Assembly: GCA_018394315.1 (NCBI GenBank)
Contig: CP074575.1
Span: 1,272,615-1,336,614, forward strand
Length of the DNA: 64,000 nt
Origin: Mycoplasmatota bacterium
Lineage (GTDB): Bacteria; Bacillota_I; Bacilli_A; MAG-NZ
Direction of reading: 5' to 3'
Part shown: positions 1 through 9,833 of the stretch, one piece after another
Position numbering within the stretch: the first letter of the stretch is position 1
Layout: each line of letters starts with the position of its first letter
The notes under the pieces: model-generated
The model's input: only the letters and a program-made list of their open reading frames with translations
Told to the model about the DNA's origin: nothing
Databases searched by the model: none
Program-made: the position numbers and the translations under genes

Positions 1-1
1 T

Positions 2-1624
2 AATAATCAATTGGTTGCGGCAGAGATTCTGTTTAAATATGAAAGATTAAAACCAATTTATTCATTAAAAGAATTATCCTTATCCACCTTTCGAAAAGCA
101 CTTAAAAGTGCTATAAAGATTTATTCGAGTGAAATGAAAGAAACATTACCGGAATATTTACTTAAAAAGTATAAACTGATTTCTTATAAAGATATGATTC
201 GTATAGCCCACTACCCAAATTCTATTGATGAAATCAAACATTTGAAAAGAAGAGTTAAATACGAAGAATTACTTAAGTACCAACTTAAATTACAATATAG
301 TCACTTTACCAATAAACTATCAAGTAAAATAAATATACATTACGATATTGACGCTATAAATACATTTATTGATTCTTTGCCATTTGAGTTAACAACTTCA
401 CAAAAAGATGCGCTAGAAGAAATTTTGGAGAATATGAACTCTGATTATACAATGAGTAGGTTACTTCAAGGTGATGTTGGAAGCGGGAAGACCATTGTAG
501 CGATAATTGCATTTTACGCTGCATATACTGCTGGTTATCAATCAGCATTTATGGCACCCACCGAGATTTTAGCTGAACAGCATTACCATAAAGTTATAAA
601 GTTATTACCTACTCTAAATATCAAATTATTAACTTCATCAATAAATAAGAAAGATCGACTTCAAGTACTTAGTGATCTTAAAAAAGGAGTTATAGACATA
701 ATTATTGGTACGCATTCATTGTTTCAAGATGTGGTTGAATATAACAACTTAGGTTTAGTTATAACAGATGAGCAACATCGCTTTGGAGTAGAACAAAGAC
801 AAAAATTACGTAAGAAGGGTTTTTCTCCAGACGTATTACACATGAGCGCAACTCCTATTCCAAGAACACTCGCAATTACGTTATTTGGAGATATGGATAT
901 ATCCACTATTAAAGAATTACCTAAAGGAAGAAAAAAAATTACTACGAAATATGTTAAAGATAAAGAATTAGATAAGGTAATTGATTTTATTAAACAGGAA
1001 ATAAAATTAGGAAGACAAGCTTACATAGTTACTGCTTTAATTACTGAGTCAGAAAAGATCGACTTACAAAATGCAGTTGATATATATGAAATAATTAAAG
1101 ATAAGCTTGATGGAAGAGTTGGTTTATTACATGGTAAGATGAAAAGTAGTGTAAAGGAAGAAGTAATGAACGACTTTAAGAATCGCAATATTGATTGTTT
1201 AGTTTCAACAACAGTTATTGAAGTCGGAGTAGATGTACCAAATGCTTCAGTAATGGTAATTATTGATGCTGATAGATTTGGGCTAAGCCAATTGCATCAA
1301 TTAAGAGGAAGAATTGGTCGTGGTGAGTATAATAGTTATTGCTTTTTGATTTCTAGTAATAAATCAGATAAAGCTGTCAAACGACTTAAGACAATTGAAA
1401 AGATATCAGATGGGTTTGAATTAAGTGAAGCGGATTTGAAATTACGAGGTCCAGGTGATTTTTTCGGTGTAAGACAATCTGGATATCCCAATTTTAAATA
1501 TGCTGACATAGTAGAGGATATGAGTATTTTATTAATTGCACGCGAAGATGCTAAAGAAATAGTGTATAATATAAACGATGAGAATAATAAAGTTCTTAAA
1601 GAATATTTAAAAAATAATTTTTAA
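2..1624 (+). CDS. recG: ATP-dependent DNA helicase RecG (5'-truncated by window edge)
   Basis: LLQGDVGSGKT, DEQHRFGV, SATPIPRT, QLHQLRGRIGRG motifs; frame open from position 2. Confidence 0.97.
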   Translation, partial: NNQLVAAEILFKYERLKPIYSLKELSLSTFRKALKSAIKIYSSEMKETLPEYLLKKYKLISYKDMIRIAHYPNSIDEIKHLKRRVKYEELLKYQLKLQYSHFTNKLSSKINIHYDIDAINTFIDSLPFELTTSQKDALEEILENMNSDYTMSRLLQGDVGSGKTIVAIIAFYAAYTAGYQSAFMAPTEILAEQHYHKVIKLLPTLNIKLLTSSINKKDRLQVLSDLKKGVIDIIIGTHSLFQDVVEYNNLGLVITDEQHRFGVEQRQKLRKKGFSPDVLHMSATPIPRTLAITLFGDMDISTIKELPKGRKKITTKYVKDKELDKVIDFIKQEIKLGRQAYIVTALITESEKIDLQNAVDIYEIIKDKLDGRVGLLHGKMKSSVKEEVMNDFKNRNIDCLVSTTVIEVGVDVPNASVMVIIDADRFGLSQLHQLRGRIGRGEYNSYCFLISSNKSDKAVKRLKTIEKISDGFELSEADLKLRGPGDFFGVRQSGYPNFKYADIVEDMSILLIAREDAKEIVYNINDENNKVLKEYLKNNF

Positions 1625-1657
1625 AAAAATGATTTGTAACATTACTAGGAGGAAATT

Positions 1658-2647
1658 ATGATAAGAATAGCAGTAGACGCTATGGGTGGAGATTATGCAC
1701 CAAAAATAACGGTAATTGGCGCAATGGAAGCGATAAAGAAGTTTAGTGATATTGAAATTACGTTATTTGGAAACAAATACGAAATACATAAATATTTGAC
1801 AAACTCAAATAGAATCAGTGTAGTTCACACGCTAGAAGCTATCAAAATGGATGAAAAAGAAGCTATTAAGAAGATGAGAAGAGATAAAAAAACTTCTATG
1901 GCGATGGCGATGTACTCTGTCAAAGAAGAAAAGAATGATGCATTTGTTACAGCTGGACCAACTGGGCCTTTCGTAGCTGGTGCTCATCTAATTATTAGAA
2001 GAATTAATGGTATGAAGCGCACTGCGCTTACACCTATGTTTCCAACTGTAAACGGACACTGCTTATTTATGGATGTGGGAGCAAATATTGAAATTAAACC
2101 TGAACATTTACTTCAATATGCTCATTCAGGTAGTATATATGCTAGAGAAGTCTTAGAGATTAATAATCCTAAGGTTGCGCTCATAAATAACGGTGAAGAA
2201 AAAGGAAAAGGTAGGGTAATAGAACAAGAAGCCTATAAACTCTTAGAGCAAGATCCAAAAATTAATTTTATAGGAAATTTAGAGTCTAAATATCTTTTTG
2301 ATACTGATGCAGATGTTGTTGTTACTGATGGGTTTACCGGAAATGCAATAATGAAAGCTAGTGAAGGTGTATTAAAAGCATTTAGTACACTTTTAAAGAA
2401 TGAAATCAAGAAAAGTACTAAAGCTAAATTAGGTGCAGTAATTATGAAAAAAAACTTAAAAAATGTTGTAAAGAGATTCGACGCATCTGAAGTAGGAGGA
2501 GCAATTCTTTTAGGGGTAAAAGCACCAGTTATAAAGGCTCATGGTGCAAGTGATGCTTATTCATTTACAAGCGCAATACGTCAAGCAAGAAGTATAGTCA
2601 AAAAAGAAGTTGTAAGAAAAATTTCAAATGTTTTAGAGAGTGAGTAA
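1658..2647 (+). CDS. plsX: phosphate acyltransferase PlsX
   Basis: IAVDAMGGDYAP N-terminus, DGFTGN, IKAHGAS; GGAGG RBS. Confidence 0.97.
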   Translation: MIRIAVDAMGGDYAPKITVIGAMEAIKKFSDIEITLFGNKYEIHKYLTNSNRISVVHTLEAIKMDEKEAIKKMRRDKKTSMAMAMYSVKEEKNDAFVTAGPTGPFVAGAHLIIRRINGMKRTALTPMFPTVNGHCLFMDVGANIEIKPEHLLQYAHSGSIYAREVLEINNPKVALINNGEEKGKGRVIEQEAYKLLEQDPKINFIGNLESKYLFDTDADVVVTDGFTGNAIMKASEGVLKAFSTLLKNEIKKSTKAKLGAVIMKKNLKNVVKRFDASEVGGAILLGVKAPVIKAHGASDAYSFTSAIRQARSIVKKEVVRKISNVLESE

Positions 2648-2649
2648 AA

Positions 2650-3339
2650 ATGGATTATTTAAATAAATTAGTGGAATTTCAAAAAAGTCATGATTTAGTA
2701 TTTAAAGATATTGACCTCTTAAAAAAAGCTTTTACGCATTCTTCTTATGCTAATGAACATAATGTCGATTGTAATGAGAGATTAGAATTCTTAGGTGATG
2801 CAGTTCTTCAAATTGCTGTTTCTGAATTTCTTTTTGAAAACTTTCCAAATGAAGACGAAGGTTTTTTATCCAAAAAAAGAGCTAAAAATGTATGTGAGTC
2901 AGCTTTATGCGTGATTGCTAAGAAAATGAATCTAGGAGACTATTTACTTTTAGGTAGAGGTGAGGAACAATCTAATGGAGATAAGAAGTGTTCAACATTA
3001 TCAAACACATTTGAAGCACTCCTTGGAGCGATTTATTTAGATAGAGGTTTTAACGAAATATTTAAGATTTTAGATAGATATTTATTCACACAATTATTAG
3101 ATGACCAGTTCGCAGTAGAAAGAGACTATAAGAGTAGTTTTCAAGAATATGTACAATCAGATACAAAAAGATCAATTGATTATCGATTAATTAGTGAAAC
3201 AGGACCTGCTCATAATAAATTATTTGAGATTGCTGTTTATATGGATGAGATAAGAATGGGAGTTGGAAAGGGAAAAACAAAAAAAGAAGCTGAACAGAAT
3301 TCAGCAAAAGAAGCCTTAACGAAGTTAGCTAGTAAATAG
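2650..3339 (+). CDS. rnc: ribonuclease III
   Basis: NERLEFLGDAVL signature, C-terminal dsRBD (GPAH, GKTKKEAEQ). Confidence 0.97.
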   Translation: MDYLNKLVEFQKSHDLVFKDIDLLKKAFTHSSYANEHNVDCNERLEFLGDAVLQIAVSEFLFENFPNEDEGFLSKKRAKNVCESALCVIAKKMNLGDYLLLGRGEEQSNGDKKCSTLSNTFEALLGAIYLDRGFNEIFKILDRYLFTQLLDDQFAVERDYKSSFQEYVQSDTKRSIDYRLISETGPAHNKLFEIAVYMDEIRMGVGKGKTKKEAEQNSAKEALTKLASK

Positions 3340-3344
3340 ATATT

Positions 3345-3388
3345 ACCCTTAATTATTAATGTGCATATTAATAATTAAGGGTTTTTTT
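3345..3388 (+). terminator. intrinsic terminator after rnc, long 16-bp stem
   Basis: ACCCTTAATTATTAAT-gtgcat-ATTAATAATTAAGGGT followed by T run. Confidence 0.85.
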
Positions 3389-3438
3389 AAATCTTAATTT
3401 TATATGGAGGTGAAATAGGTGACAATGTCACTAAAAAT

Positions 3439-4131
3439 ATGAATAATATTGCTATTATAGGAATCCATGGTAGGATGGGAAAATATGTCCATACCATTTT
3501 AGATGGTAAACAAGGATATAACGTTATTGCTGGAATTGATAAAAAAAGAGATTACTGTCGTGTTGAAGTTTATCCAAAAATAGAAGAAGTATTAGAAAAA
3601 AAAGATGTAGATTTAATAATAGACTTTTCGAGTAGTTCTAGTAAGTCAAGTATAGAATATGCCATTAAAAGTAATATTCCAGTATTGTCAGGCACAACCG
3701 GTTTTACAGACAGTGAAAAAAATGAGTTAATTGCCCTTGCGAAAAGTAATAACTCAAATCTAATGTTAATATCTAACTTTGCCCATGGAGCAAGTGTTAT
3801 GTATAAAATCGTAAAAGATTTAGCTAACGATTTTGATAAACATGATATAATCGAAGTCCATCATGTTAATAAGAGAGATAAACCAAGTGGAACAGCTAAG
3901 GAATACGCTAAAATTATGAAAGTGGATGTGGATAAGGTACAAAGTATTCGGTTGAATGATGTAATTGCTTCTCATGAGGCAATCTTCGATAACCCTGGTG
4001 AGAAGTTAATCATAAGACATGAAATATATCACAGAGATGCCTTCTTAAAAGGTCTTAATAATTCACTAGACATTATTTTACATAGAAGGGTATGGATTAG
4101 TGATTTAGATCAATATAATAGAATCAGTTAA
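3439..4131 (+). CDS. dapB: 4-hydroxy-tetrahydrodipicolinate reductase
   Basis: GIHGRMG, IDFS, GTTG, EVHHVNKRDKPSGTA motifs. Confidence 0.92.
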   Translation: MNNIAIIGIHGRMGKYVHTILDGKQGYNVIAGIDKKRDYCRVEVYPKIEEVLEKKDVDLIIDFSSSSSKSSIEYAIKSNIPVLSGTTGFTDSEKNELIALAKSNNSNLMLISNFAHGASVMYKIVKDLANDFDKHDIIEVHHVNKRDKPSGTAKEYAKIMKVDVDKVQSIRLNDVIASHEAIFDNPGEKLIIRHEIYHRDAFLKGLNNSLDIILHRRVWISDLDQYNRIS

Positions 4132-4185
4132 AATTGAAAAGTATGTTATAATTTGTTATAATTTTGCTAACAAAGGGGAGTACTT

Positions 4186-4785
4186 ATGGACAATAATTAT
4201 GGATTATTAAATATTAAGTATTTAGATATAGATAAGCTATTGCTAAATAGTTATTTGAGATTAAGAATAGATGAGACGGATGTTGTTATATTACTACTTT
4301 TATTCGAAGTTAATAATCATGGAAGTAATTTCTTGTCTATCTCTGAGTTGGCCAGAAAAACAACAATTTCTATTGATGATCTTGCAAACAAAGTAGATAT
4401 TTTAGTAACAAGAGGATTCGTAAACCTTGATATTTATATAAATAAAGCAGGTGAAGAAGAAACTAAGTTTTCCGTTGTTCCAACTGTTAAGAAAATATTT
4501 GATTTATTTAAGGAAGACGAAATTAAAGAAATGAAAAAAGGTAATACAGACATTCCTAGAATTGTTAGTATGATTGAAGATGAGTTTAAAAGAGTCTTAT
4601 CATCAAAAGAACTATACATTATTAAAAGTTGGGAATATAGTTATGAAGAAGTAAAAGAAGCTCTTTTAGAGACGCTTAAGCAGAAAAAGTTGAGAATTGA
4701 GTATTTGAATAAGATTTTAGAAAATAATAATAAAAATCTAGAAAGAAACACAAAGTATTTCAATGAATTTATGTCTAATGAGTAG
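4186..4785 (+). CDS. dnaD: DnaD-domain replication protein
   Basis: N-terminal winged-helix-like region, IEDEFKRVLSSKE...YLNKIL DnaD-type C-terminus, directly upstream of nth as in Bacilli. Confidence 0.75.
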   Translation: MDNNYGLLNIKYLDIDKLLLNSYLRLRIDETDVVILLLLFEVNNHGSNFLSISELARKTTISIDDLANKVDILVTRGFVNLDIYINKAGEEETKFSVVPTVKKIFDLFKEDEIKEMKKGNTDIPRIVSMIEDEFKRVLSSKELYIIKSWEYSYEEVKEALLETLKQKKLRIEYLNKILENNNKNLERNTKYFNEFMSNE

Positions 4786-5401
4786 TATAAAAGTTATTGA
4801 GCAGATGTTCCCTAATGCTAAGTGTGAATTAATTCATGAAAACGAATTTGAATTATTAATAGCAGTAATGTTAAGTGCACAAACAACTGATGAATCTGTC
4901 AATAAACTAACTGATCACTTATTTTCTAAATATAAAAAACCAGTTGATTACTTAAATGTACCGATTACAGAACTTGAGGGAGACTTAAGAAAGTTAGGTT
5001 TATATAGAAGGAAAGCTCTAAATATTAGATCAACATGTCAACTTTTAATTGATAAATATAAGGGAGTTGTACCTAACACAAGAGATGAACTAATCTCTCT
5101 TCCTGGAGTAGGTAGAAAAACTGCAAATGTGATTTTAGGGGTAGCATTTAATGAACCAGCTATTCCAGTGGATACGCATGTAGAGCGTGTAAGTAAAAGA
5201 CTAGGGTTTGCAGAAGAGAATGATAGTGCTTATGCTGTTGAAAAAAAACTAATGAACATACTGCCCAAAGATAAGTGGAATGAATTTCACCATCAAATAA
5301 TCTTTTTTGGTAGATATCACTGTACTGCAAGAAGTCCACATTGTGAACAATGTGAACTTACTAAGAATTGTATATATTTTAAAAGTAGGTTACTAAAGTA
5401 A
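4778..5401 (+). CDS. nth: endonuclease III
   Basis: LLIAVMLSAQTTD, HhH LPGVGRKTAN, VDTHV, C-terminal 4Fe-4S cysteines; start set to ATG 4778. Confidence 0.96.
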   Translation: MSSIKVIEQMFPNAKCELIHENEFELLIAVMLSAQTTDESVNKLTDHLFSKYKKPVDYLNVPITELEGDLRKLGLYRRKALNIRSTCQLLIDKYKGVVPNTRDELISLPGVGRKTANVILGVAFNEPAIPVDTHVERVSKRLGFAEENDSAYAVEKKLMNILPKDKWNEFHHQIIFFGRYHCTARSPHCEQCELTKNCIYFKSRLLK

Positions 5402-5460
5402 CCTCTTTTCTATAATAATAATACTAGGATGCAAAGTATATAATTAATAGGGAGGGAATA

Positions 5461-5625
5461 ATGAAAGTTAAAATATTTGATTTTGAACACGATGAAGACC
5501 TTGAAGAAGCTATAAATGAGTTTATCGATGGTAAAAATGTAGTAGACATAAAATACCAAATAGCTATGATGTATGACGGAAGAGAACAGGTATTTTCTTA
5601 TAGCGCAATGATTCTTTATGATTAA
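5461..5625 (+). CDS. cse60: sporulation protein Cse60 (DUF2758) family, 54 aa, not in ORF track
   Basis: GGAGG RBS; MKVKIFDFEHDEDLEEAINEFIDGKNVVDIKYQIAMMYDGREQVFSYSAMILYD matches the Cse60 pattern (KxFDxEHExDLE...DIKYQ...SAMI.Y). Confidence 0.85.
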   Translation: MKVKIFDFEHDEDLEEAINEFIDGKNVVDIKYQIAMMYDGREQVFSYSAMILYD

Positions 5626-5724
5626 CGGTATCAATAGAGTGTAAGAGAAAATAAATAATTTTTCAAATAAAAAGTCTTTCCTGCAGTCTATGATTTGCGT
5701 AAAATTCTTAAGGGAGGGAAATAT

Positions 5725-6969
5725 ATGAATATAAGAGGATTCGAAAAACTGATCAATGAAAGAGAAGTAGAACAAAATGAATTGTCAAAAAACAAAACTC
5801 TTGCGACTACTATTCGCAGGAGAAGGAAGGAAATGAATTACACTCAAGGACAAGTATCTAAAGGGATATGTAGTGTTAGTTATTTATCGAAAATTGAAAA
5901 CGGTCACTTAGAACCAGAAAACTATTATGTTCAAGAAATTATGAATAGAATTGGGATAGGTCATAAGGAAATAAGTAATGCGGTTTATGTTGAGGAAGTT
6001 AAAGCGATTGTTAAAGCAATGTTTTATGAAGAAAGTGATGTAATAGTAAAAATTTATGATGATGTTAGTGCTGATGAAAACTCAAATATATTAAGTGCTG
6101 AGTTAATCTTTTTAGGAAAATGTCTATATTTTGGAGAACTTGAAAGGTCACTAGAATTGATTAAGACCATAAATCTAGTTAAAAAAGATTTAATCAATTA
6201 TGAGCTTAAGGTGTTTATATATTTTATCGCATTATTTGAGTCTATGAATCTTAGAAACAAGTATGCCATGAATTACTTGAAAATATTATCTAGTTTAGAA
6301 GATAGTGATCCTAATCTATGTATGCTGATTTTGATTTTAAAAGCAAAAGTGACTATATATTTAGGTCAATACGTTCTAGCAATGAGTACTATAAATAATA
6401 TTGAATGTCGATTGATAAATAACATGAATTTGAATAAACTAATAAAAATAAAACTAGATCATGTTTTCTTACTTACTTTAAGTAAACAAACTGAAGATGC
6501 TTGGAGGGTGTTAGATAGAGTAAAAAGATATATGAGTGTAGATTCAACTGTATTGGAAAGAGTTCATTTTATTACTGGTTGGCTGTATAAAGTTGAAGGT
6601 GATTATGAAAAGGCCATAACTTCATTTTCAAATGCATGTGATCAACTCTATTTTGAGAGTATAAGTAATATCGTTGAGTGCTATTATTATCTAGAAAATT
6701 ATTCATCAATGAATGAATTTGTCCAGATGATTGATGAGAATAAAGAAGACAAAAGATATGAATTCTACCATAAATTAGTATCATATTTTTCAGTTAAATC
6801 GAATGGTCATCTATATGATTGTAAAGAATATGTGACTAGACAACTTATGCCGATGATGAAAAAGGTGAAGTATAATTACTATTATAATTTATTTTCAATA
6901 GACTTAATTGAATATCACAGGACTAATGGTAGATACAAAGAAATTGACAAAATCAGAAATAAATTATAA
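5725..6969 (+). CDS. XRE-HTH plus TPR-like transcriptional regulator (RRNPP/NprR-like architecture)
   Basis: IRRRRKEMNYTQGQVSKGICSVSYLSKIENG HTH followed by long helical repeat region; GGGAGG RBS before ATG 5725. Confidence 0.75.
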   Translation: MNIRGFEKLINEREVEQNELSKNKTLATTIRRRRKEMNYTQGQVSKGICSVSYLSKIENGHLEPENYYVQEIMNRIGIGHKEISNAVYVEEVKAIVKAMFYEESDVIVKIYDDVSADENSNILSAELIFLGKCLYFGELERSLELIKTINLVKKDLINYELKVFIYFIALFESMNLRNKYAMNYLKILSSLEDSDPNLCMLILILKAKVTIYLGQYVLAMSTINNIECRLINNMNLNKLIKIKLDHVFLLTLSKQTEDAWRVLDRVKRYMSVDSTVLERVHFITGWLYKVEGDYEKAITSFSNACDQLYFESISNIVECYYYLENYSSMNEFVQMIDENKEDKRYEFYHKLVSYFSVKSNGHLYDCKEYVTRQLMPMMKKVKYNYYYNLFSIDLIEYHRTNGRYKEIDKIRNKL

Positions 6970-7012
6970 AAGACTTTCTAAAAATTATTAAAAATGTCAT
7001 AATGTTTAAGAG

Positions 7013-8407
7013 GTGCACAATATGGAGCAAGGATCACATCAGTTAAAAAATATGCCAATAAAAAAATTACTATGGAAGTTGAGTATTCCCGCTATAATCG
7101 GGATGACTTTTAATGCACTGTATAATATTGTTGATGCTATATTTGTAGGTGAAGCGAGAGGTGAAAGTGGAATTGCTGCTATTAGTATCGTATCTCCTGT
7201 TCAAATGATAGTTATGGCAATTGCGCTAACAATAGGAATTGGAGCGGCTAGTATATATTCTAGAGCTATAGGTGCAGAGGATTCAGAAAAAGCCAGAAAA
7301 ACAGTTAACAATGCGTTTGTTTTGGGTTTAACATTTGGAATTATAATCTCTATTATTGGATTATTGTTTGGAGAGGAAATAGCATATCTATTTGGTATGA
7401 AGGATGACTTCAAATTAGATACAATGAACTATTTAGAAGTAATCTTCTATGGAATTACCTTTCAAATTATATCAATGATATACAACAACTTGTTTAGAGC
7501 TGAAGGCTTTGCGAAGACTGCAATGGTTGCGATGATAGTTGGAACTAGTACAAACATAATTTTAGACCCTATATTTATCTTCGACTGGGGACTAGGTCTA
7601 GGAACAAGAGGAGCAGCTTATGCTACAGTAATTGGTTATACTTTAACTTTTGGCTATCTTTTATATCATCAATTTAAGTCAAAAGGAAATTTGAGACTTA
7701 AAATCAAATTAATGAAGATAAATTTGAAAATATCAATTGAGACTATTATTGTAGGTATTCCTGCTTTTGTTAGAAATTCGATTGGTGCAGTTATAATAAT
7801 CTTAATAAATAATTTACTTAAACAATATTCAATAGATCCTACAACATCAATAGCATTATATGGAATAATTTCAAGGACGTTAATATTTGTTTTATTGCCA
7901 ATCTTTGGTATCGTCCAAGGAATGTCTCCTATAGTTGGTTATAATTTTGGTTCTGAGCAATATGAGAGATCCTTGGAAGCTACATATTATTCCAAGAAAA
8001 TTACATATACATACTTTTTAATAGTATTTATTCTGATTCAAACTTCAGCAAAGTTTATTGTTAATCTGTTTGGGGTGAGTCAAGAGACAATAATATTGGG
8101 TTCTAACTATCTAAGGTTGACCTTGTTGTTTTTACCTCTGCTTGCTGTTCAGATAATTCTTACAGGTTATTATCAGGCGTTAGGGAAAAGTAAACAAGCT
8201 GCATTCATTGCTTTACTTAGACAATCGATTTTATTAGTCCCTTTAGTATTGATATTGCCGATATTTCTAGGAGAGATTGGAATTTGGATTGCTATTCCAT
8301 TATCAGATTTAATTTCGTCTTTAGTGAGTTTTTGGTTATACAGAAAAGAGATGAAATCGTTCAGGATACAGTATTTAGAAAATTTGGAACCAATTACTCA
8401 GCTTTAA
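7013..8407 (+). CDS. MATE family efflux transporter (MepA-like)
   Basis: LSIPAIIGM...LYNIVDAIFVG, NIILDPIFIF, GAAYAT, VGYNFG; about 12 hydrophobic segments. Confidence 0.93.
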   Translation: MHNMEQGSHQLKNMPIKKLLWKLSIPAIIGMTFNALYNIVDAIFVGEARGESGIAAISIVSPVQMIVMAIALTIGIGAASIYSRAIGAEDSEKARKTVNNAFVLGLTFGIIISIIGLLFGEEIAYLFGMKDDFKLDTMNYLEVIFYGITFQIISMIYNNLFRAEGFAKTAMVAMIVGTSTNIILDPIFIFDWGLGLGTRGAAYATVIGYTLTFGYLLYHQFKSKGNLRLKIKLMKINLKISIETIIVGIPAFVRNSIGAVIIILINNLLKQYSIDPTTSIALYGIISRTLIFVLLPIFGIVQGMSPIVGYNFGSEQYERSLEATYYSKKITYTYFLIVFILIQTSAKFIVNLFGVSQETIILGSNYLRLTLLFLPLLAVQIILTGYYQALGKSKQAAFIALLRQSILLVPLVLILPIFLGEIGIWIAIPLSDLISSLVSFWLYRKEMKSFRIQYLENLEPITQL

Positions 8408-8610
8408 GACGGATAGCTTTAATCTATAAAGAGAATATACTAAGTAAGATTTATTATATGGCTTAGTATTTTTTTACTCTAGAAGAAACCTATTCTAGAA
8501 CTTAACAATTTATAAAGCTAAATAATGTTTGAAGGTATATGGGGTAAGAGTGTATTCTTAAAGAAAGAAAAGTTAATGCTGTTCTAATGAATTCTCTAAA
8601 TAAATCATAC

Positions 8611-9693
8611 TTAGATTTTTTTCCTGATTCTTCCTACTAGGAAAATGAATATTGGTAGTGTTGCTAAAAAGAAATCCATGTAAACACCAATTGCGCTACC
8701 TAATTCCCCTAACTCCCAAATGTTCTTGGCTACTATCCAGGAAATCAGGTATATGATTACTAAGTGTATGTTGATAAATGGTTTATAATCTTTGAGATTA
8801 AACAACGACTTAAACATGTTCAATGCACTATAAGTTAAAATTGTGATTATTACAAAATCTGTAAGAAGCCATGCAGATAACAATAACGATTCCATTCCAC
8901 TTAAAAATCCTAACAATTCTACGTTTTTAACTGAAATCCAGAATGATAGTGAAGAATTTGAAATAATTGTATGCCCTAGCTTACCTATGCAAGCTAAAAT
9001 AATAAGAGTCTCAAGAACAAATATATAAAAGCCCGCTTTAAATCCTTGTATTAGAAATTCGTTTTTCTTAGTCCATTCATGGCTAAAGAAGAATAAACAA
9101 GGTAAGCATATTAGGGAAGTTGATCCAATACTTCCTTTAAAAATTGGAACTACGTCTAAAGTACTAATTGGTGTTATATTACCTATTTTAATATCTGGAA
9201 TCATTAATGCAATTATAACAGTAATGGAAATAGTTACTATTAAAAAAATTGTTTCACTCATTCTAGCAATTATTACAACACCAGACTTAATAGTAATCGA
9301 AACCAAATACAATATAACTATAAGAAATATATTGATGTCCACATTTGGGTAAACCAAAGTTACTAGTGTCTCTCCATAAAATCTTACATACCAAACTAAA
9401 AGATATGTCACCCATATTATATACAATAATACAATCACTTTTCCTATAAATCTTGATGTGATATCATTTAAGATTTCAGCATATGACTGTGTGTTATATT
9501 TCTTGAATAATTTACTACTTGCGTAAACTATAGCTAAAAATATGATAAGTGTAATAACTGGAGATAACCACGCAGCCTGCTTTGCTTCACCAGCGACATA
9601 AGTTGGAAGAAATCTAGCAGAAGGTGTATAAACTGCAATTATAAAGATAATCATTAATTGCTTTACAGATATTTTACCCTCACTTTTTAACAT
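8611..9693 (-). CDS. GerAB/GerKB-family spore germination permease
   Basis: KISVKQL N-terminus, AKQAAWLS, G..IIARMSE, NITPI; about 10 TM segments; GGAG RBS. Confidence 0.8.
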   Translation of the reverse strand: MLKSEGKISVKQLMIIFIIAVYTPSARFLPTYVAGEAKQAAWLSPVITLIIFLAIVYASSKLFKKYNTQSYAEILNDITSRFIGKVIVLLYIIWVTYLLVWYVRFYGETLVTLVYPNVDINIFLIVILYLVSITIKSGVVIIARMSETIFLIVTISITVIIALMIPDIKIGNITPISTLDVVPIFKGSIGSTSLICLPCLFFFSHEWTKKNEFLIQGFKAGFYIFVLETLIILACIGKLGHTIISNSSLSFWISVKNVELLGFLSGMESLLLSAWLLTDFVIITILTYSALNMFKSLFNLKDYKPFINIHLVIIYLISWIVAKNIWELGELGSAIGVYMDFFLATLPIFIFLVGRIRKKI

Positions 9694-9833
9694 ATTATTT
9701 CTCCTAGATTTTTTACATTAGTATGAAATATATTATTTCCGTTTACTTGGTAATTTATGTAAGTTGAGTAAATCTAATCTTTTAAAAAAAACCCATTCGA
9801 TTGAACAGGTATATTATTCTATAAGTTATGATG

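Noticed and set aside
5410..5775. 121-aa minus-strand ORF
   Set aside because: Antisense shadow of cse60 and the regulator start; no recognisable motifs.
8408..8610. Remnant gerAC or signalling-peptide gene between MATE and gerAB
   Set aside because: Only very short frames without an RBS; a terminator-like hairpin at about 8434-8475 explains part of the gap.
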